From: a virus
Strand: one strand, 5' to 3'
Virus record (IMG/VR): IMGVR_UViG_3300045988_061891
Length of the DNA stretch: 64,000 nucleotides
In this document: positions 55,264-64,000 of the stretch, in pieces
Layout: the number at the start of each line of letters is the position of its first letter
How positions within the stretch are numbered: position 1 is the first letter of the stretch
Program-made: the position numbers and the translations under genes
Notes under the pieces: generated by a model
Databases searched by the model: none
Told to the model about the DNA's origin: nothing
Seen by the model: only the letters and a program-made list of their open reading frames with translations

Positions 55264-55760
55264 TTATAATACGCTACAAGTTCTACAAAATCAAGAATAT
55301 ATCTATGTCTCTTGAAGAAGTCATTTCCTAGAAGTCCATCTATATGAACCCCTCTAGTCTTCTCAACTCCATCAAAGGCCTCATTTAGATTACTATTGAC
55401 TATAAGAGAGACCCTAAAGGACTTACTCCTATGAGAGAGTTCTGTCTTCAGTATTCCAGAGGCTCCTGCATCTCCACCACTACTTCCTATATAGGAGTAT
55501 TCATAGTCCTGTGTTTCACCTTTTAATTTATTGGCTACATCACTCCTAATATGGGATTCAGAACTTCCTGTATCTAACAGAAAGTTGAAGGGCTTATCAT
55601 TGTTATATAAAGTAATAATAGGTATATTGGTGAGCTCCAAAGACTCTTTAATAGATAACTTTGACCTCTCTTTATACAACTTAGTCCTGTAATGCCAGAT
55701 AGTACCTGACGTGATTGTTAGAGCACATATTATGATGATTATCAGTAAATATGTATTCAT
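55260..55760 (-). CDS. Membrane-anchored retropepsin-like aspartic protease
   Basis: 166 aa. It has an N-terminal TM (YLLIIIIICALTITSGTIW), LLDTGSSESHI (DTGS) and GLLGNDFF, which resembles the retropepsin flap/dimer motifs. Confidence 0.55.
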   Translation of the reverse strand: MNTYLLIIIIICALTITSGTIWHYRTKLYKERSKLSIKESLELTNIPIITLYNNDKPFNFLLDTGSSESHIRSDVANKLKGETQDYEYSYIGSSGGDAGASGILKTELSHRSKSFRVSLIVNSNLNEAFDGVEKTRGVHIDGLLGNDFFKRHRYILDFVELVAYYK

Positions 55761-55767
55761 CTCCTTT

Positions 55768-56307
55768 CTATTTTATTCCAGTAGAGCCGATACCTCTCCT
55801 ATCTTTATTACCAAGATTATCTACTTCAACAATCTTAATACCTGAAGAAAGAAGCCACATAAGCTTCTGCCATATAGTAGCTTTCTGACTGAGTTGAACT
55901 CTAAACTGGCATATTCTGTCACCTTCATTGATTGTAGTGGCTCTGAATGCAATAGCATTGAACCTCCATTCATCATTGTCACCACAATAGGACTGGTCAA
56001 TAACACCCTCACTGTTACCAAGTATGACACCAAAGTTTTTGTATGTACTGCTTCTTGGAAGTGCAACAGCCTCAAAACCTTTAGGAAGCTGCATTGCAAT
56101 TCCAAGTCTTATAAGTTTGGAGTCAAACTCTACATCTCTATGTCTCTCCTCTGCTCCATTGACCTTGTGTCTCTTGAGAATATTAGCTCGGGGAGCATTG
56201 AGAGTTACTGTCTCAGCTGCTCTGAGGTCAATCCAGTCTCCTTTGTCAATCACTTCGGGCAAAGGTATATTCTTATTTATTCTTTTTACTTTAATCTTTA
56301 TTTTCAT
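55768..56307 (-). CDS. dut: dUTP diphosphatase
   Basis: 179 aa. Motifs: GDWIDLRA, LPRSS, GVIDQSYCGD, GDRICQF, RRGIGSTG. Confidence 0.8.
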   Translation of the reverse strand: MKIKIKVKRINKNIPLPEVIDKGDWIDLRAAETVTLNAPRANILKRHKVNGAEERHRDVEFDSKLIRLGIAMQLPKGFEAVALPRSSTYKNFGVILGNSEGVIDQSYCGDNDEWRFNAIAFRATTINEGDRICQFRVQLSQKATIWQKLMWLLSSGIKIVEVDNLGNKDRRGIGSTGIK

Positions 56308-56479
56308 TTGAAAATCCTTTTACTTTTGCAGGCTTTGATACTGTAGTTAGTTGAGCTACAGCAGCCTTGTTAGTAGATGTTTTTTTAAATCTGTATATTG
56401 GTACACCAAAGAGAGTAATCTGTATTGTTCTGACTGCTAACCCATCTTCACTGTACTCCTTGGTTTCTTGCTTAATCAT
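56291..56479 (-). CDS. Hypothetical small protein
   Basis: 62-aa ORF co-oriented with its neighbours and overlapping them slightly. Confidence 0.4.
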   Translation of the reverse strand: MIKQETKEYSEDGLAVRTIQITLFGVPIYRFKKTSTNKAAVAQLTTVSKPAKVKGFSNENKD

Positions 56480-56963
56480 GTTTCCAGAATTTATGTGTTA
56501 TGTCATACAGTTTACTCTTTCCTGCGCTGGTATGAACCACTTTATAGAACCTTTGATTGGTTGTTCTCTTGTCAAGAGGACCACACTCTTCCTTGTAAGG
56601 ACCAAGCTTGATATAGTCAAAGTTCCATAGGTCTATCTCAGGAGATAGTTCCTGCTTTCCACTATACCATGCAACCTTGAGATGAGGATACTTATTCTGT
56701 AGACTTTGGTGCTTGATAAAAGCAGCACAACGGCTTACTTCCCCAGGAGCAGCATCACCTCCCATAAAAGCAACACAAGATATACCTTCATTGGCTTTTA
56801 TCAAGAGGGACAGTTCTGCCTCATTGAGAGGAACTCCTATATCTTCAGCAAGATAAGCAGAGTGGCAACCCTTGCAATGACAAGGGCAGCCACTTATACT
56901 TATAGCCAAAGTTATCTCATCAGGAATTTCTGCAAAGACTACCTTAGCATCAACATATTTCAT
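56472..56963 (-). CDS. nrdG: Anaerobic ribonucleotide reductase activating protein
   Basis: 163 aa. CPCHCKGC (CxxxCxxC) lies close to the N-terminus. The gene is immediately downstream of nrdD with a 4-nt overlap. Confidence 0.75.
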   Translation of the reverse strand: MKYVDAKVVFAEIPDEITLAISISGCPCHCKGCHSAYLAEDIGVPLNEAELSLLIKANEGISCVAFMGGDAAPGEVSRCAAFIKHQSLQNKYPHLKVAWYSGKQELSPEIDLWNFDYIKLGPYKEECGPLDKRTTNQRFYKVVHTSAGKSKLYDITHKFWKHD

Positions 56964-59137
56964 CCTTTACTATATATTCTATGTTTAAATTCCTCTTGTC
57001 TAGAACTTGACCAACTATTTACACAGGTGAGGTATCCTATAATTCTAGTCCAGTACTTAATTTTTTTGCTATGGCACTTAGGACATTCATTAACAGGAGC
57101 ATTCACTATGTGACCACATTCACTGCACTCACTCATAGGAATATTGAAAGTAAAGTAGTTGGTGCCATTGTCTTTGGCAAAGTCAAGTAACTTTAAATAC
57201 TGCTCTTTACTTAGGTGTTCCCCAAGATTAAGGTGTGCTGCTTGACCCCCATCAAGATAAGGGCTTATCTCCTTACCATGCAGAATCATCTTGCCTAGTA
57301 CACTGGTTCCTTCATCCCATGGATTATAGAAATAACAATTATACAGATTTTGATTCTTGGGAACCTGATACCCATCCTCCTTGTCCCAATTGTACAATTT
57401 TACTCCAAGATTCTCACCAGGTACAGCTTCACTGTTAAAAAGAAAAGGCCTTTTCTTATCATAGATAGAATGTACCTTATTTTCTTCCTTTATGGTACCA
57501 AAGATAAGTCTAAGGAACTCTATATACTCAGGATTATTACTTACTGTAAGTCCCAAGAATTGTGCAGCTTCTGTATAACCTATAACACCTATAGTGCTAT
57601 AAAGCTTCTTAAGATAGATATATCCTGCATTACTATCAGAGAACATCTTTTTGTCTTCCATATCATACAGCATTGTCTTATATGCTATATGATATTTATA
57701 GACTCTCTCTAGAATACTCACTAAGTATTTCTTGAGTAATGGAATATTATCCTTGCAGTGAAGACGATTTTTATCTCCTTTCTCGCTCCACCAAGTAGTT
57801 TCCTGTTTAGCCCAATCCTGCACAATCCTATTGATATTCAAGGTAATCACATTGCAAGAACCTGTCATAACCCCAGTCATACCTGTAGTAGAACTAAATG
57901 TATTATCAGACATCTCATTTAAAACCCTACAACAAGATGCTAATGATGTAGGATTATTACTAGTATAGCAAAAGAAACTACCTCCTTTAGCCCATTCTTC
58001 AGCACAAAGTTCCTTGTAGTCTATATCAAGATACTCTTGATTATTGTGTACAAGAGCCATTGTTGTCACAGGAAAGGTAAGTGGTTTAATAAGTCTAAGC
58101 TTCCTATGCAGCTCCATGAATATTCTTTGAAGAGTGTCTATAGCTTTCCATTCTGGTTTAGTGCCGTCAGGATAGTAGAACTCTCCAAATAGGGATTCAA
58201 AGTAGTATCTATCATAGAAGGATACATTAGTGAATGGGCTGTTGTAACTTCTGTTACCAGCTGGTTGATTAATCCCATAAATAAACTGTTTGAAAGCTTT
58301 ACAGATAGCATCCTTCATTGTTTTTCTTTGCAAACAGTGAGGAGTTGTAATTATCTCATTCAGTTTTTCATACCACATAGAACCAAACTCTTTTACCACA
58401 TAGTAATTCATAGCTATGAAGTAATCACCCAAAGCCACAGCACCTTTAACTTGTGAGCTTAACAAGAATACAAGGTTTGTGACTTGTCCGCTAAAAGACT
58501 GTAAGTCATTAGGCTCAGAGGGAGTTACACCATCTATATTACCTGACCCTTCTAGTAATAAAGGATAGAGAGTATAAGCACTACAATACTTCTTCAGTAC
58601 TGGAGTAGATGCCTCATCATGAGTATATATAATATGATGATTAAGGTCTTCCTCATATTGTTTAGCAAGGTCAGGGAACATCTCATTAAGTTTGTCCTTC
58701 ATCCTTTGTCTTTGAATAATCCTGTTGGTGGTCTTATAGACCTCACCTTCAAGGTTGGCAACATTCTTCATTGTGACATTTGCATTAGCATCTGTTTCTG
58801 AGGAAGTAGCTGCATTTTCTGTTGAAGAGCTATACTTCTCCATATAATCCAGCCTTTCCCTTATGAACCTTGCCTGTTTATGCTGTTCCCTATATACTAC
58901 ATATGCCTTTGCAACCTTGTAGGGAGCCAAGTCAAATAGAATCTTCTCAACTTCATCCTGTATATGCTCCACACTAAGAGTTACATCTTTGTAATCTCGT
59001 GTAAATACATAGTTCAGTTCAGCCAAGATAGTTTCAGAGGCTTCTAGACCTTGACTTTTATAAGCTTTCTTTACAGCCTTTTCAATCTTGCTGAGGTCAA
59101 AGTCCTCAATTGAACCATTTCTCTTTGTAACTTTCAT
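56960..59137 (-). CDS. nrdD: Class III (anaerobic) ribonucleoside-triphosphate reductase
   Basis: 725 aa. It has an N-terminal ATP-cone-like segment (VTKRNGSIEDFDLSKIEKAV), a C-terminal Zn ribbon (CSECGH...CPKCH) and a glycyl-radical-type WTRIIGYL. Confidence 0.85.
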   Translation of the reverse strand: MKVTKRNGSIEDFDLSKIEKAVKKAYKSQGLEASETILAELNYVFTRDYKDVTLSVEHIQDEVEKILFDLAPYKVAKAYVVYREQHKQARFIRERLDYMEKYSSSTENAATSSETDANANVTMKNVANLEGEVYKTTNRIIQRQRMKDKLNEMFPDLAKQYEEDLNHHIIYTHDEASTPVLKKYCSAYTLYPLLLEGSGNIDGVTPSEPNDLQSFSGQVTNLVFLLSSQVKGAVALGDYFIAMNYYVVKEFGSMWYEKLNEIITTPHCLQRKTMKDAICKAFKQFIYGINQPAGNRSYNSPFTNVSFYDRYYFESLFGEFYYPDGTKPEWKAIDTLQRIFMELHRKLRLIKPLTFPVTTMALVHNNQEYLDIDYKELCAEEWAKGGSFFCYTSNNPTSLASCCRVLNEMSDNTFSSTTGMTGVMTGSCNVITLNINRIVQDWAKQETTWWSEKGDKNRLHCKDNIPLLKKYLVSILERVYKYHIAYKTMLYDMEDKKMFSDSNAGYIYLKKLYSTIGVIGYTEAAQFLGLTVSNNPEYIEFLRLIFGTIKEENKVHSIYDKKRPFLFNSEAVPGENLGVKLYNWDKEDGYQVPKNQNLYNCYFYNPWDEGTSVLGKMILHGKEISPYLDGGQAAHLNLGEHLSKEQYLKLLDFAKDNGTNYFTFNIPMSECSECGHIVNAPVNECPKCHSKKIKYWTRIIGYLTCVNSWSSSRQEEFKHRIYSKG

Positions 59138-60165
59138 TTATTTAACCATTCAGTTAGTGAATTAGGTTCCTTAAGGTGTATACCTATAGGAACTGATAAA
59201 TTTGATGTAAGATATGTGTGAAGTTCCATTCCTATTTCTTCGGGGTCTTCAAATACCACATCATTGAACTTAATCAAGCCTCTCTTCTGGGTGAACTCAC
59301 ATTGCCATATCAATGGGGTAAGAGTTCTTCTGTTAGCCACAATGAATTGGTAGTCAAGCAGCTTAAAGTCCCTGAAATAGGGGTCTCTATCAAGATTATA
59401 CCTGATGATTCTCCAATAGAGTCTGGCCTGAATATCATATCTCCAATCCACAAAAGACTTATAGAAATCCCACTCAGGCTTTCCACTTGTCTTCAAGTCA
59501 ACAGGAATAATTACTTTCCTGTCATAGTCTACTATCAGTAGGTCTGCCATACATCTATACTCAATACCATTGAGTGTAGCTTTGAACTTCAATTGATAGA
59601 GTCTTTCTACATTCTCAAAGGGATTGTTTGGAGCAAAGTACTTTCTAGTGGTAGGACTATTCCTCAATGCTTCCACAGTATTCCTTACATCAAGGTTAGT
59701 GGCAGTATCAAGAATGGTCTTGTCTTTGCTCAGGTACAGTAGTCTGTAATATGTGGAGCCTTTCTCCTTAATTACCTTGGCCCTTGTCTCTGGTTTCCAG
59801 TTATTTTGATAATTGGATTGGGCAGCTACCTCTATAACTTCCTTGTCAGGGATGTTTTCAAGTATCCTATAGTTACTGTGATAATTGTCAAATAGACTCT
59901 TTACCACATTGATAATAGACTCAGGAACAGCAGGAAACTCTGCTACCATAAATCTACTTTCAAACTCCTCTTCTCCACCTGTAATAATGCTGTCTACAGC
60001 AGAACCAAAGGTCAATGAAGGAGTGTCTATTCTATCAAAGAGGTGTTCAAGTTCATTAAAACCAGACCTCTTGAACTTTGACAGGGTAGAATAGGATAAT
60101 GCAGGGTCTGCTCTGTAGACTTCTTCAGGAACATTCCAACTTATTTCTCTTAATGACTTAATCAT
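59134..60165 (-). CDS. PD-(D/E)XK (RecB/Cas4-like) nuclease
   Basis: The track ORF is trimmed to Met23, giving an ATG/TAA-coupled overlap with the upstream gene. Motifs: ADLLIVDYDRKVIIPVDLKTSGKP and Q-ARL-Y (QxxxY). Confidence 0.65.
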   Translation of the reverse strand: MIKSLREISWNVPEEVYRADPALSYSTLSKFKRSGFNELEHLFDRIDTPSLTFGSAVDSIITGGEEEFESRFMVAEFPAVPESIINVVKSLFDNYHSNYRILENIPDKEVIEVAAQSNYQNNWKPETRAKVIKEKGSTYYRLLYLSKDKTILDTATNLDVRNTVEALRNSPTTRKYFAPNNPFENVERLYQLKFKATLNGIEYRCMADLLIVDYDRKVIIPVDLKTSGKPEWDFYKSFVDWRYDIQARLYWRIIRYNLDRDPYFRDFKLLDYQFIVANRRTLTPLIWQCEFTQKRGLIKFNDVVFEDPEEIGMELHTYLTSNLSVPIGIHLKEPNSLTEWLNK

Positions 60166-60445
60166 ACATCCAGTCATCATTATCAGAACTGTCAGGTATT
60201 TCAAGGAATGACATATATTCATCCACAGCACCTCTTAATCTTAACAGTTCCTCAAGGTTAATATTTGCAAACTTCTCTTTGGGATGTTCAACTAACCTAT
60301 TCTGTTGAACCATATATATGTCTGATTCAACTATTTCAAGTAACTTATCAAACTCTCGACTTTCAATATATTTCTCAGCAAATTTGATGTCACCTTCAGG
60401 TAGACTCTTCGAGAGTCTTCTGATTTTGTCTAGTAGTTGTTCCAT
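60158..60445 (-). CDS. Hypothetical small acidic protein
   Basis: 95-aa ORF on the same strand as its neighbours. Confidence 0.45.
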   Translation of the reverse strand: MEQLLDKIRRLSKSLPEGDIKFAEKYIESREFDKLLEIVESDIYMVQQNRLVEHPKEKFANINLEELLRLRGAVDEYMSFLEIPDSSDNDDWMYD

Positions 60446-60872
60446 AAGATTTGATTATTTTTATGGCCTCAAGCAGTTCTCTCTTGGTACGAACTTCAAA
60501 GTACACACAAGGCATCTCCATAGATTCAAGGAGTTTTCTAAAGAGCTTCTTCTTAAGTGGAAAAGTATCATTCTCTATACCCTTTGCTTCTATGATGAAC
60601 ATAGTGCCATTGTATAAGATGATAAAGTCAGGGGTATATGTAATATCCCTGACTTTAGCCATATCCATCCTAAACACTTTGGACTTGCTCCTATTGAAGA
60701 AAGGCACAGTAGGCTTGAATCCCCCAGCTAAGACAAATTTTGTTAGTTCATAGCCAGGTTCTAAACCAGCAGCTACCAGTGTCTTATAGAAGCTTTCCTC
60801 CAGTTTGGACTTGAAGTGTATACCATTAAAGACTGACTCTCTGGCATTTCGAATCTTCTTATTTTCTACCAC
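60396..60872 (-). CDS. T7 endonuclease I-like Holliday junction resolvase
   Basis: 158 aa. ITYTPDFIILYNGTMFIIEAKGIENDTFPLKKKL parallels T7 endo I YTPDFLL...VETKG...DDRKK. Confidence 0.7.
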   Translation of the reverse strand: MVENKKIRNARESVFNGIHFKSKLEESFYKTLVAAGLEPGYELTKFVLAGGFKPTVPFFNRSKSKVFRMDMAKVRDITYTPDFIILYNGTMFIIEAKGIENDTFPLKKKLFRKLLESMEMPCVYFEVRTKRELLEAIKIIKSYGTTTRQNQKTLEEST

Positions 60873-61359
60873 TTTTGAACATCTCTTTTAAGTCCTCCCT
60901 AAGGATTCTGCAAGCAATCTTTGCGTCTTCCTCAGTTCTGAAAGCTGCAAAGTTCCTGAAGTTCTTGATATGAGCTTTATGTACCTTGTGGATTCTACCG
61001 TCCATAGAGGAAATAATGAAGACTTCCTCACAGTTGTTGATATGGTCTTCATATCTCTTGTCAAGTTCAATAGCCACTTCTCTGAGGAGGACACTAAATG
61101 CAGCACAGGGGTTGATATTCCAGAGACTCTGAAGATAGCCAACCATCTTTACAGGCTTCCATCCTACTTTCTTGGCAAGATTTACAATATAGTAACCTAC
61201 GTGCATGGGAACAGGGACAGGGCCCTCCACATTACCAAGAGTCTTGTCTTTAGTGGAGTCAGTCGACTCTACTGATTTTTTGGAAAGGTGTTCTTTGACT
61301 ACACCAAAGGGAATAGGACCAAAAAAGGTCATCACTACTAATTGTTTCTTTTCTTTCAT
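60859..61359 (-). CDS. Hypothetical protein
   Basis: 166-aa ORF with no motif recognised. Confidence 0.5.
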   Translation of the reverse strand: MKEKKQLVVMTFFGPIPFGVVKEHLSKKSVESTDSTKDKTLGNVEGPVPVPMHVGYYIVNLAKKVGWKPVKMVGYLQSLWNINPCAAFSVLLREVAIELDKRYEDHINNCEEVFIISSMDGRIHKVHKAHIKNFRNFAAFRTEEDAKIACRILREDLKEMFKSGRK

Positions 61360-61372
61360 TGTTGTTTGTATT

Positions 61373-62047
61373 TTATATTATTAATTTATGATACCACTTT
61401 ATAGTGGTGTTATATTTATCTTTTAGAAGTTTGTTTATATCAGTAAAGGTACTATATGGCATAATCTGACCAGTCCTTGCAAAATATGCAGGGTGTTCTA
61501 CCTCAATTATATCATTATACCTCTTATCAATATAAGGTATGAAGGTCTTTGCCTGAGAACCAAACAGAACATAAAGCATTCCTGTCTCATGCTCTGAAAG
61601 GTTCTTAAACAGTTTAGATATGAAGGGCCTCCATAAGTTCACATGAGAACTAACCTTTCCTACCTCACAAGTAAGGGCTGAATTTATCATAAGAATACCT
61701 TGCTTAGCCCATGATTCAAGAGTTATGTCAAACTCTATTGGACCGTGAGGAATCTCATAATTCACACAACTCTCTTTTATAACTTTAAGCGAGGGAGAAA
61801 GTTCTTTAGTACCAAGCTTATTACCAAACAGTATACCTGTGGCAACACCCTTCTGAGGATAAGGGTCCTGTCCAAGAAAGATAGCTTTACAATCATCATA
61901 CTTGCACAGCTCAAATGCCTTGAATATATTTGAATATTCAGGACACAACTTATCAAGATTTATCTTTCCAAGTGTATTGAGAACTCTTGCCATCTCCTTC
62001 ATATCAATAACTTTCATCCATCTGCCAAAGTACTCTTCTACTGACAT
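61373..62047 (-). CDS. ung: Uracil-DNA glycosylase (family 1-like)
   Basis: 224 aa. FLGQDPYPQKGVATGILF (GQDPY water-activating loop) and VEHPAYF (HPS-like motif). Confidence 0.75.
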   Translation of the reverse strand: MSVEEYFGRWMKVIDMKEMARVLNTLGKINLDKLCPEYSNIFKAFELCKYDDCKAIFLGQDPYPQKGVATGILFGNKLGTKELSPSLKVIKESCVNYEIPHGPIEFDITLESWAKQGILMINSALTCEVGKVSSHVNLWRPFISKLFKNLSEHETGMLYVLFGSQAKTFIPYIDKRYNDIIEVEHPAYFARTGQIMPYSTFTDINKLLKDKYNTTIKWYHKLII

Positions 62048-62823
62048 ACTAAATCACTTATATTATTACGCAGAAATTCCCATATTGAATTATCAAGATT
62101 CTCTATAGTATCAGGTTCTCTATCAAGGCTCTTTATAGTACCAGGCTTTGTAGGAGAAACAATAAAACCCTTGATAGGTGCTATTGTTACAGGGACATTT
62201 CTAAACTCGTTAGTGTTGTTGAACGGAATCCTACCTCTATAAGGTGCTGATATGCCATGTAAACTTATATAGGGGATGACCTTCTTGATAATAGCTTTTG
62301 AGAGGATGTCCCCATTTACAAAGACAGTAGGAGATACATAGCATACAGGCCTTACAGCAGATATTGTCTTATTAATTCCATCAACATTTATAATGAATCC
62401 ACAGACCATAAAGGGGTTCCAGAGTTCATCGAAGATGAGGCCCTGACCACCATAATAGTCAAGACCCTTACAAGTCTTGATGTGGGCGAGTCTACGGCCT
62501 CTTGAACACCTGTTAATAGACTGTATGATAGAATCTGCTGTTTTTCTAGTCTCCTCTCCACCTACATAAAGAGGATATGAGAACTTTATAAACCGTGTAG
62601 GGTTCATTGAATCAAGCCAGTTCTGTATACGAGATAGAGTCTCTGATAGACCCAATACAGGTATGAAACACTCACCGTTATAGGGAATAATTACCTCAAA
62701 GAGCTTTGAGAACACTGTGTTGTTCTGATAGTTAACAGCAGTTGAGGCAGGCTGGTACCAATTGTCCTCTCCTTCTGCAAATGTATTATTTCTTAGAGAG
62801 GATTCAAGTGCATAAGAGGTCAT
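62038..62823 (-). CDS. Hypothetical protein partnered with the ThiF/E1-like gene
   Basis: 261-aa ORF with a 4-nt overlap with the upstream E1-like gene. No catalytic motif recognised. Confidence 0.5.
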   Translation of the reverse strand: MTSYALESSLRNNTFAEGEDNWYQPASTAVNYQNNTVFSKLFEVIIPYNGECFIPVLGLSETLSRIQNWLDSMNPTRFIKFSYPLYVGGEETRKTADSIIQSINRCSRGRRLAHIKTCKGLDYYGGQGLIFDELWNPFMVCGFIINVDGINKTISAVRPVCYVSPTVFVNGDILSKAIIKKVIPYISLHGISAPYRGRIPFNNTNEFRNVPVTIAPIKGFIVSPTKPGTIKSLDREPDTIENLDNSIWEFLRNNISDLVCQ

Positions 62824-63665
62824 ATCATTTCAGTTTTGAAGTGCATCCTCTCAGCATCATAATTGGTGTAGAAGGGAAGTTCCCTTTCGATGAGAGGTTC
62901 ACACTGGTTTGCTATAAAGTTGACAAAAAGATTGACCATTACAGAAGCAATCATATTGGCACAGAAACTGGTCTGCTTATAGGAGCAAAGTGTCTCCTCT
63001 GCCTCAGTGTCATCAAACAGCCATTCATTCTCATACTTCTGCATAAGGTAGGTATCAGAGCCTTTAATGCAGAATACTTGGAACTCCTCTGCTGCGAGCC
63101 TACCATCAATAAAGAGGCATTTCTCTCTTTCTTCCTTAGACAGACTCATCACATGGAATTTCCATCTGTTATAGAATGTTTTCCTTGCTGCCATATTGTC
63201 AAAGCCACATATCATGATATTGGTTGAAGAAGATTCTTCAGTATATCTCTGGTTCATAGCTATAGTACGGTGATACTGGGCAAACTCACTCAATATTTTG
63301 GCTACACTGCTTGTCTTGCTACGGCCTACATCCAATGTTGAAAACAGTTGACCTGAGAGGTTTGTTTCGTCTACAGTGTCATTATCCCAGACAATAAGTC
63401 TGTCCACTTTAAGTCTACCAAGGAGGAAGGCAGTATAGCTGCCTATACCGCCAAGTCCAGCAAGAGTTACTGTCTGTTCACCTATCTTGTTGAACCATAT
63501 AGCAGAACTGAATCTCGAGGAAGACTCATCCATCAGAAGAGTCTCTGAATTAGGAGGGAGAATGTCTCGGTTGTCACCCTCATGTGCTTGTTCAAGAGTT
63601 TCTTGAAGCAAGGTTTCAAACTCTGCCTCTGATAGGTCGAGGTTATCTGTTGTTATTTCATCCAT
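62820..63665 (-). CDS. ThiF/MoeB/E1-superfamily (TcdA-like) adenylyltransferase-fold protein
   Basis: 281 aa. RFSSAIWFNKIGEQTVTLAGLGGIGSYTAFLLGRLKVDRLIVWDNDTVDETNLSGQ...DVGRSK and CGFDNMAARKTF follow the ThiF Rossmann pattern. It has no CxxC zinc motifs, and NLSGQ replaces the canonical NL-x-RQ. Confidence 0.6.
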   Translation of the reverse strand: MDEITTDNLDLSEAEFETLLQETLEQAHEGDNRDILPPNSETLLMDESSSRFSSAIWFNKIGEQTVTLAGLGGIGSYTAFLLGRLKVDRLIVWDNDTVDETNLSGQLFSTLDVGRSKTSSVAKILSEFAQYHRTIAMNQRYTEESSSTNIMICGFDNMAARKTFYNRWKFHVMSLSKEEREKCLFIDGRLAAEEFQVFCIKGSDTYLMQKYENEWLFDDTEAEETLCSYKQTSFCANMIASVMVNLFVNFIANQCEPLIERELPFYTNYDAERMHFKTEMI

Positions 63666-64000
63666 AATACTAGTGCATCTTGAATTGATTTGATATATTT
63701 ATTTTGAGGTAATTTGTCAAGAGTTCTATAGACTGCTTGACACAATTCTGAGATATAATCATCCTCAAATGAGGCAAACTCTTCTGGTATAAAGTTAGTT
63801 ACAACAAACTCTACCATAGTCTCTGCCCAAAAATGAAAGATATTCATATCTTCCTTAAATCTCTTGTCAAATAGTTTGGTCATCTGACCTGTCCATTTCA
63901 CAGGGTCAATCTTGCTTGCATCTGCAATTGCTATTGAGCCTGTGATGAGTTGAAGAGTAATGGACTTGACTACAGAAGCATCTATAGCAAGTTCATTTGG
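63653..64000 (-). CDS. Hypothetical protein, 5'-truncated by the window edge
   Basis: The track lists 63653..63901, starting at a GTG. I read the same frame as open with no stop through nt 64000 (...PNELAIDASVVKSITLQLITGSIAIADASKIDP-VKWTGQ...), so the gene most likely begins outside the window. Confidence 0.5.
   Translation of the reverse strand, partial: PNELAIDASVVKSITLQLITGSIAIADASKIDPVKWTGQMTKLFDKRFKEDMNIFHFWAETMVEFVVTNFIPEEFASFEDDYISELCQAVYRTLDKLPQNKYIKSIQDALVLWMK

Noticed and set aside
60166-60231. N-terminal 22 codons of the 365-aa nuclease ORF
   Set aside because: The Met at 60165 gives a coupled ATG/TAA junction with the upstream gene instead of a 74-nt overlap.
1-64000. Stop-codon reassignment, DGR, CRISPR array, integrase or lysogeny module, or introns/inteins in polA, nrdD or the RNAP
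   Set aside because: ORFs of 1.5-3 kaa are uninterrupted under the standard code. No reverse transcriptase, repeat-spacer array, recombinase motif or template/variable repeat pair was seen. polA and nrdD have normal lengths with contiguous motifs.

Overview
This 64-kb, AT-rich window reads as a segment of a crAss-like (Crassvirales-type) podophage genome, probably with a Bacteroidota host. No database search was possible, so all family names come from motif reading and are hypotheses. The window has three blocks. (1) nt 1-35304, + strand, is a virion morphogenesis block. It holds a giant multidomain tail fibre, a fibre-chaperone-like gene, a cluster of small membrane and Cys-rich proteins, and a scaffold-like gene. 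It then holds a putative major capsid protein, tandem paralogous small structural genes, a putative auxiliary capsid protein, neck/tail genes, a lysozyme-like gene and a 1498-aa tail protein. It ends with three large Gly-rich or coiled-coil proteins (775, 624 and 1927 aa) that look like internal/ejected cargo proteins. (2) nt 35391-49393, - strand, holds two giant genes. One is a 1653-aa protein with an embedded PD-(D/E)XK nuclease-like core. The other is a ~3009-aa protein with a DFDID (DxDxD) motif, consistent with a crAss-type virion-packaged RNA polymerase. (3) nt 49560-64000, - strand, is a tightly packed replication and nucleotide-metabolism operon. It encodes family A DNA polymerase, class III RNR NrdD/NrdG, dUTPase, ThyX-like, thioredoxin, UDG, a RecB-like nuclease and a T7 endonuclease I-like resolvase. 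Accessory genes in this block are a second small radical-SAM enzyme, an orphan HicA-like gene, a membrane-anchored retropepsin-like protease, a possible AEP-fold protein and a ThiF/E1-like gene cluster at the window edge. Four promoters match the Bacteroides TTG-N20-TAnnTTTG architecture and sit in front of virion-component operons. Several strong intrinsic terminators are visible. No tRNA, rRNA, CRISPR array, reverse transcriptase or integrase was seen, and the long ORFs argue against stop-codon reassignment.
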